The notes under the pieces were generated by a model, which was given only the letters and a program-made list of their open reading frames with translations, ran no database searches and was not told the origin of the DNA. The translations under genes were made by a program, and so were the position numbers. DNA of 64,000 nucleotides from the human T2T-CHM13v2.0 reference genome, Homo sapiens, in NCBI RefSeq assembly GCF_009914755.1, contig NC_060944.1; one strand, given 5' to 3'. How positions within the stretch are numbered: the stretch's first letter is position 1; each line of letters starts with the position of its first letter. Below, one piece after another: positions 51,185-64,000 of this stretch.

Positions 51185-52100
51185 AATATTTTTAGTAACC
51201 ATCAGATGGGGAAGGCCTTTCTAAGCTACTTAGAAGATTTAGATGCCAGAATGGAAAAGTTTGAAAGATAGCAAATATATTAAAATGTGAAACATCTTTG
51301 TGACAAATGATGTCGTAAAAAAGTGGCCAACTGGGAGAATCTATTTGCCATAGGTAGACAAAGAATGTTCCAGAATATACAAACCTGTGAGTAAAAGGTA
51401 AACAATCCAGTCAAGAAACTGGCAATTTACAGAAGAAATACAGATGGTCTATAAAGATATGAAAAGAAGATCAACTATATCTAGTAATCAGGGAAATACA
51501 GATTAAAGCTAACCATTATTTTGGACCTATCAGATTTGAAAATTTAAAAAGCTTTATATCAAATGTGGACAAAAGTATGGGGCTGCAGAGACTTACAGGT
51601 GGGGGAGTTTAAATTGGTATTGCATTGGAGGGATGATTCTGGCAGTACCAATCATTATTTAAATGTTTGAGTTTTCTGACCAAGCTTCTGAGATTCTTAA
51701 CAGAAAAAGCCATGTACAAAGATGTTTATGACAGCATTATTTATAATAGCAAAGAAGATAAAAACGCAAATATCTGTCAAATAGAATGGCCAGATGATTT
51801 CTTATATCCATTATGATATTCTATACTATCATTAAAATAAATGTGTTCACATAGATCTCTAAGTTATATTGTTATGTGAGAAAACATATGTGGGATAATT
51901 TCATTTTTGTTTTCAAAAATATGTATATCTGTGTGTGTTTGGGTATGTTAATGCTTTTTTTTTTAAGTCTGAAAGACTACAAATTGTCAACAGTGGCTGC
52001 CTACAAGGGGGCTGGAAGAGAGGAGAGACATAATAGGGAACTTTGTTTTCTACTAAATTATTTGACTTAAAACAAGCATATTCTTTTTATAATATTTTTA
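51185..52100 (+). mobile_element. Old L1 (L1ME-like) 3' portion, sense
   Basis: CAACTGGGAGAATCTATTTGC, CAATTTACAGAAGAAATACAGATGG, CAAAGATGTTTATGACAGCATTATTTATAATAGCAAA. Confidence 0.7.
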
Positions 52101-52597
52101 AAGCAGATTTTTTTGAATATGGGAAATAAATCTAATGGACTTAGTTTGCTTCGATGGATATATAACATCTAGAATAAAGAAGTTCCTATGCCTAGTTTGA
52201 ACTGTGTCAGGAGTCTTGTGGTCAGGTCTCTATAAAAAGGGATATCACCAAATGGGATGTTGTTCTGGAGAGAAACTGGACCATGGGGGTGAATAACTAA
52301 AGGAACAACACTCATAGGACATGACAGCTGTTTTCAGATATGTGACAGGCTAAAAGGAGACTGTAGCATTTCCGTGAATGCCCACCTGATTAGAAGTTCT
52401 AGGCTGTGGCTTTCATCCTAATTACAAGCTGGAGCTTTTTTGTTCACCAGCATTTGTCTTTCTAGGAATCATTGAATTTATTCAAAAGAAATACTTTGAA
52501 AAACCACTCAGAAGCCCCCATTTTCAGGGAAAATTGAGGTCTTTAAGGCATTATCAAGGTTTAAAAAGAAACAAAAAGATAAAATTGTGTTAGCTTC

Positions 52598-52946
52598 TGG
52601 CTGGGTGCAGTTGTTCATGCCTGTAATCTAGCACTTTGGGAAGCCAATGCGGGAAGATTGAGGCCAGGAGTTTAAGACCAGCCTAGGCAATGTAGCAAGA
52701 CCTTATCTCTACAAAACAATTTTTTTTAATTAGCCAGGCGTGATGGCACATGCCTGTAGTTCTAGCTACTCAGGGGGCTGAGGTGGGAGAATCATTTGAG
52801 CCCAACACTTGGAGGCTACAGTGTGAGCTATAGTGCTAACTTTATAGAGCTGCAGGAGCTACAGTGAGCTACAGTGATCACCGCACTGCCCTCCAGCCTC
52901 CTGGCTACCAGAGTGAGACTCTGTCTCAAAAAAAAAAAAAAAAAAA
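52598..52946 (+). mobile_element. AluJ with a reiterated insertion in the right arm
   Basis: Alu consensus with repeated GCTACAGTG motifs at 52815-52876. Confidence 0.85.
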
Positions 52947-53499
52947 GGCTTAGCTCCTGAGAGGAATGGGATAGGAGAGAAAGAAAAGAGGGAAAGAGGT
53001 GAAGCCAGTGAAATAGTCAGAATCTGTGCGACGTGAGATGTGACCTTCCTCAGGACCTCACATCTCTTAGATTGCCAGGTGAAGAAGGCATGTGTGTGTC
53101 ACTAGTGATGGGACTGAGTGTGGCATCTGAGTTGAGATGGGTGAAATCGCCTCTACATTGATGAGTTGTCCCAAAATAAGTGAATCAGAGTCACAGTCCT
53201 GTGGGAATTAGCAGGAACTGTGACAAGGGCTTTGGAATTCCACTGTCCAGAGAGTTGGGAGTTTGCGTTTTGCAAGGGGCAGAAAAGATGCCCGCTGACA
53301 TCTGGGTTTTACATTGCTTAGTACGAGGGAAATGCAAAAGAAATTGTGTGTCTGGGTGTTGGGTCGTTTTAAACAGAACTGTTCCAAGACCTACCTTGGA
53401 AGGTAGTAAATTTCCCATCACTCTAGTGTTCAGTCACTGGTGACTATTGGGTGAGAGTATTGAAAGGAGATTCAGACTTAAAAGTGAATGAGATTCAGA

Positions 53500-55750
<2,251 letters not shown>

Positions 55751-55842
55751 AAATTTTTTTTTAACCGACATGTCTTTAAAAAATGAATGAGTACTTAGCC
55801 TTGGTTCCAGTTAAGGCTTAAACAAGAGATGAAACGGTCTTC

Positions 55843-55860
55843 GATGCCACCTAGTGTTTC
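55843..55860 (-). promoter_or_regulatory. Candidate CTCF motif
   Basis: Minus strand reads ACACTAGGTGGCATC, close to CCASYAGRKGGCR, in a stretch with no obvious repeat. Confidence 0.35.
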
Positions 55861-56686
55861 TAGAGAGTTTAACATTTTATAGACTTCTGCTCTAGCTGCT
55901 CCTTCCTAGCTCTGTGAGCTAGGTTTTTCAGAGTAGAAACCAAAAGGAGTAGGATTCACCTTGTTTTCATCCGTGACGCAGGCTCTTCATTCTGAACCTT
56001 TGCATCTAGCGCTGTGTTCTCCAGGGCAAGCCCTTTCTTCTCTCTTGTTAAACAATGGCTCCTGTTTCTTCCTGACTCTTTTTAGGAGCCTTAGTCCACC
56101 TGGAGACCTAGTTTTTCTTTATCATGACTGAGGGAGCTAGGGATGCTGATAGGGCTGTGAGATGTAGTCTTTGTTATTCCTGACATTTTTGTATTGAAGA
56201 CTGTTTTCAAGAGTCTTGCTGTCCCTACGTCTGTTCTACATTTTAGAGAAGGGATGCACAGGAAAACTAGTGCCTCTGGATTAGCCATCAGGGCTTAAAA
56301 AACTGACATCTCATCCTGCCCTGTACTTGGGTGGAAACCTGTGGAAATCTTATGTGAAGGAAGAGAATGCAAACTGTGGGTGAACTGAGAAATTCTGATC
56401 TAAAATAATGGTCTCTACTGCGTGTGTAAGAGTCCAGCCCAGGAAAATCTTTTCTTCCTTTTGTGGTATTCACAGCATAGGGTCAGGGGTAATTGCCTCT
56501 GTTAGTAAAATAACATGCAGAACCTCCAGGGTTTTAATCTGAAAGGAAATCTCTTGAGTAGGTGAGGGCAGATGGATTTTGAGGTCCTAATTTCCCTATC
56601 TTTGGGTCTTTCACTTTAATTTCTCCTATCACTGTCATGCTGGTTTCCAGTAAATATATTTGCTCCTTTCTTAAAGCTCTTGCTTC

Positions 56687-59066
<2,380 letters not shown>

Positions 59067-59803
59067 CAATTTTACAGATGAGGAAACTGGACCTAGAAAT
59101 TTTAACAGATGTGCTCAAGTTCATACAAACACAGACTATCTCATGTCAGATCATTGTGTGATAACCTCCCTGCACTAACTAATCTACATTTGCTCCAGAA
59201 CTGCTGCAAATTTAATGTCACCTCACCCAAATCTTCTGCTTCTTAACTGCTGCATCTATATGAATGCCCTCCCACCCACCCACCAGTCCTTGCTTCCTTG
59301 CCACATGATGCTAGAGGCTGGGGTGCCATGCCCCCTTAGATCCCTAGGAAGAGATTAAATCAGCTGGCCATCCAGAACCTTCCTGTGTGGTTCACTCTGA
59401 GATGCATGTCATCTTTGTGTGGTGGTAATTAGCATGAGGATAAATGGCCCATTCCTTCAGGTATGTCCCCATTCCAATTTACAAGGGTAGGCCCTTTTGG
59501 CCCAGTATCATAACAACAGGCTGCTAACCACATAGTAATCATGGAAAGAGCATGCTATACTTACATAACAGAAAGGGCATTCTGCCCCCTGAGGATTCTT
59601 GTGTTGTTGAACTCTAAGGAGCTTGTGGCTGTTTCGGGGGAGAGGAGCATTCTCTGTGTTAGGCTGCAGGTATTCACCTGGGCCCATGTTTTTCCCCCCA
59701 GGAAAAGGTAGAACATGCTACCAGGTCAGGGTTTGGTGCAGCAGTTTGCATGTTTGATGTTTATCCCTGCTAATAATTCCTCTAATTTCTCTTAACCTTT
59801 CAG

Positions 59804-59894
59804 GCTCTCCCTGCATGTCCTATCCAGGCCACCTGTGAGGCTGCTTCCAAGGAGGAAAACAAGGAAAAAAATCGATATGTAAACATCTTGCCTT
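59804..59894 (+). CDS. PTPRA: D1 exon [30 protein letters not shown] (KNRY pTyr-recognition loop)
   Basis: Acceptor cctttcAG, donor CTT|GTGAGT. 91 nt, phase 0-1. Classical PTP motif 1. Confidence 0.97.
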
Positions 59895-60014
59895 GTGAGT
59901 GTCTTTAGTGTTTCTTGGGATGTAACCTGAAATTACATCTCTGGAGGGATTTTCTGAAGATGGAAAGAATCTTGCAATTGGGCACAGCAGGGTGAATAAC
60001 AAGAGTGCGTTCAT

Positions 60015-61678
<1,664 letters not shown>

Positions 61679-62091
61679 TGTCTTCTTATTTATGTGCACA
61701 TGTTGGAGGAGGGGGATGTGTGTATGTGTGTGGGTGTGGGTATGTGTATATATAATACATATTTTTTAATATGATTGGTATACTGTACACATTTCTCTCT
61801 TTTAATAGTATATATTGTCAGTTCATCTGTCAAGAAACTTTCTTTTTTCTCAACTACTTAGTATTCCACATTGTAGATGCATCTTAATTTATTTAACTAG
61901 TCCCCTAATGATACTTAAGGTATTCCCAATTTTTTGCTGTTATACTGTTGGAGTTATATTGTTGGAGTGGCATCTTTATACAAGCGTGAGTCTGTGCACA
62001 TAGGCACAGATGTCTCAACTGTCCTGGTTGCGTCAGGTTCTGTGAGAAATAAATTTTGATTTTACTGAAATATTGTTGGTTTGTTTCCTAG

Positions 62092-62168
62092 ATGACCACT
62101 CTAGAGTCCACCTGACACCGGTTGAAGGGGTTCCAGATTCTGATTACATCAATGCTTCATTCATCAAC
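62092..62168 (+). CDS. PTPRA: D1 exon [26 protein letters not shown]
   Basis: Acceptor tttcctAG, donor AAC|GTAAGG. 77 nt, phase 1-0. PTP motifs DxSRVxL and DYINAS. Confidence 0.97.
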
Positions 62169-62530
62169 GTAAGGATCGGGTGCTTTCCCTGTCACTTCCC
62201 TGCCTGACCATTGCCACTATCTGTTGGCTCCTCCCCAGCTGTGTGTTAGGAGAAATATTTGTCATTTCATGTTTTCCCTGACAAGTCTGGTTTTTTTAAG
62301 TGACTGAATTTTTTTTTAAGGTCAGTCAAATAGTTTTAATCATTTTCTATATTTACCCTGTCGTCATTCCCTATGGTTTCCCATGTAGAAATCTGTGTCT
62401 AAATATGTATTTTGTGATAAGAGTCAGTGAATCCTTTATTGAGCTGATTCTAATTACAAACAAAAGCAGGCCTTGCCCTCAACAGTAAAAATAAGGGAGA
62501 ACAGGACAAGAATACCTGACATGACACCAG

Positions 62531-62603
62531 CTATATTATATATGTGTGTGTATGTATATATGTGTGTGTGTGTGTCTGTGTGTGTGTATATATATATATA
62601 TAT
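62531..62603. repeat. Compound (TA)n/(TG)n microsatellite
   Basis: Read directly. Confidence 0.9.
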
Positions 62604-62914
62604 GACTATCTGGTTAGCCATATATGAACCAAGGCCTGAGGGAAGAGCTGATACTAAGAGGAGGTTTTTAAAGATGATTTAGAGAATGTTTATAGAACAG
62701 TCTGTATGAGAGATTTGAGGTTTTTGTTTGGTTGGTTTTGTCTTTGGCAGTAGCCTGAAAAAACACATAAAGAGTTAAGAATATGTTTTATAGGTTTGGG
62801 GGAAGCATCCTGTAGAGAGAGTGAATTTGAACAGAAAAAAGAGAGAGGGAAAGCTGGCAAAAGCAAGTCTGACTCCTGATGCAAAATGCATGAGAAGACT
62901 GGATAAAATTTCCA

Positions 62915-63728
62915 CTTGCATGTTTATAGCAGCATTAATCCTAAAAGCCAGGTGGGAGCACTCCAAGTGTCCATTGACGGATGAGTGAATAAATTAAATG
63001 TGGTACATGCATACAGTGGAATGTTATTCAGCCTTTAAAAGGAAGGAAATTCTAATACATGCTACAACATGGATGAACCTGGAAGACATCATGGTAAGTG
63101 AAATAAGCCAGTCACAAAAGGACAAATATTGTATGATTCTACATATAGAATATAAACTATATATACATATGTAGAGTAGTCAAATTCACAGGGACAGAAA
63201 GTAGAATAGTGGTTGCTGGGGGAGGGAGGAATGAGGAGTGGGTACAGAGTTTCATCTGGGGAAGATGAAAAAGTTCTGTAGACGGATGGTGGTGATGGTT
63301 GCACGACAGCGTGAATATACTTAATGCTACAGAACTGTACACTTAAAATGGCTAAAATCAGCCGGGCACGGTGGCACACCTGTAATCTCAGCACTTTGGG
63401 AGGCCAAGGCGGTGGATCACTTGAGGTCAGAAGTTTGAGACCAGCCTGACCAAGATGGTGAAACCTCATCTCTACTAAAAAAAAAAAAAAAACAAAAAAA
63501 AAAAAAACAACTTAGCCGGGCGTGGTGGCAGGCGCCTGTAATCCCAGCTACTTGGGAGATTGAGGCAGAGAATTGCTTGAACCCGGGAGGCGGAGGTTGC
63601 AGTGAGCCGAGATGGCGCCACTGCACTCCAGCCTGGGCGACAGGGTGAGACTGTCTCAAAAAAAAAGAAGAGTCAAAATGGCTAAAATCGTAAATTTTAT
63701 GTTGTATTTTACCACAAGAAAAAAAAAG
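62915..63728 (+). mobile_element. L1MB-like 3' end, sense, interrupted by AluS (63361-63670)
   Basis: ATGTTTATAGCAGCATT...GCTACAACATGGATGAACCT...GTGAAATAAGCCAGTCACAAAAGGACAAATATTG. The Alu has TSD AAAATGGCTAAAATC (63345-63359 and 63675-63689). Confidence 0.88.
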
Positions 63729-64000
63729 GACACTGATGGAGAGATTAGTGTGAACATAAGAAGGGCTGTTTCTTCCTCTGAGAGTGAAGATAAAGGAGAG
63801 GACAGAATGGATAGAGACGACTCGTAGGTGTGGGTAAAGCAAGTTGAGGCAACTCACCCGTGTGCTCATGGTTGTGTACTGAACAAATGAGATGGGACTG
63901 TGACATGAGAGCTTCGAAAGTTTAGAACAGCTTCTGAGGTCCCTGAGAAAAGGATACCAAAGAGAGAAAGCAAAGGACATGTCTAGTGGGATGTCATTGA

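Noticed and set aside
52150-53450. Possible CR1/L3 fragments flanking the AluJ at 52598
   Set aside because: Resemblance is too degraded to set boundaries or family confidently without alignment.

Overview
This is primate, almost certainly human, genomic DNA covering the 5' coding part of PTPRA (receptor-type protein tyrosine phosphatase alpha, chr20p13) on the + strand. I can reconstruct one 43-nt 5'UTR exon (2832-2874) and eight coding exons: 19122-19200 (ATG at 19128), 19711-20052, the alternative 27-nt microexon 29965-29991, 41515-41599, 42782-42855, 43088-43224, 59804-59894 and 62092-62168. All have GT-AG boundaries and compatible phases. Together they give 906 nt (302 codons): signal peptide, Ser/Thr-rich ectodomain, TM helix, juxtamembrane/wedge region and the start of catalytic domain D1 (KNRY, DYINAS). 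The gene continues beyond both window ends. The rest is intron, dense in Alu (about 55 copies or fragments), old L1, L2, MIR, MaLR/ERVL and DNA-transposon remnants. Almost all ORFs in the supplied track are Alu/L1 artefacts. Three observations stand out. (1) Back-splicing the two ATG/ectodomain exons gives a 421-nt circle whose ORF crosses the junction, predicting a 175-aa secreted ectodomain with a new Cys/His-rich tail. (2) The microexon starts with a regenerated donor (CAG|GTAATT), while its own donor sits in a perfect hairpin, suggesting a recursive-splicing switch between the long and short isoforms. (3) Three Alus carry templated-insertion scars, including a 72-nt copy of sequence from 3.5 kb upstream. 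Repeat subfamily names and repeat boundaries were judged by eye and are approximate.
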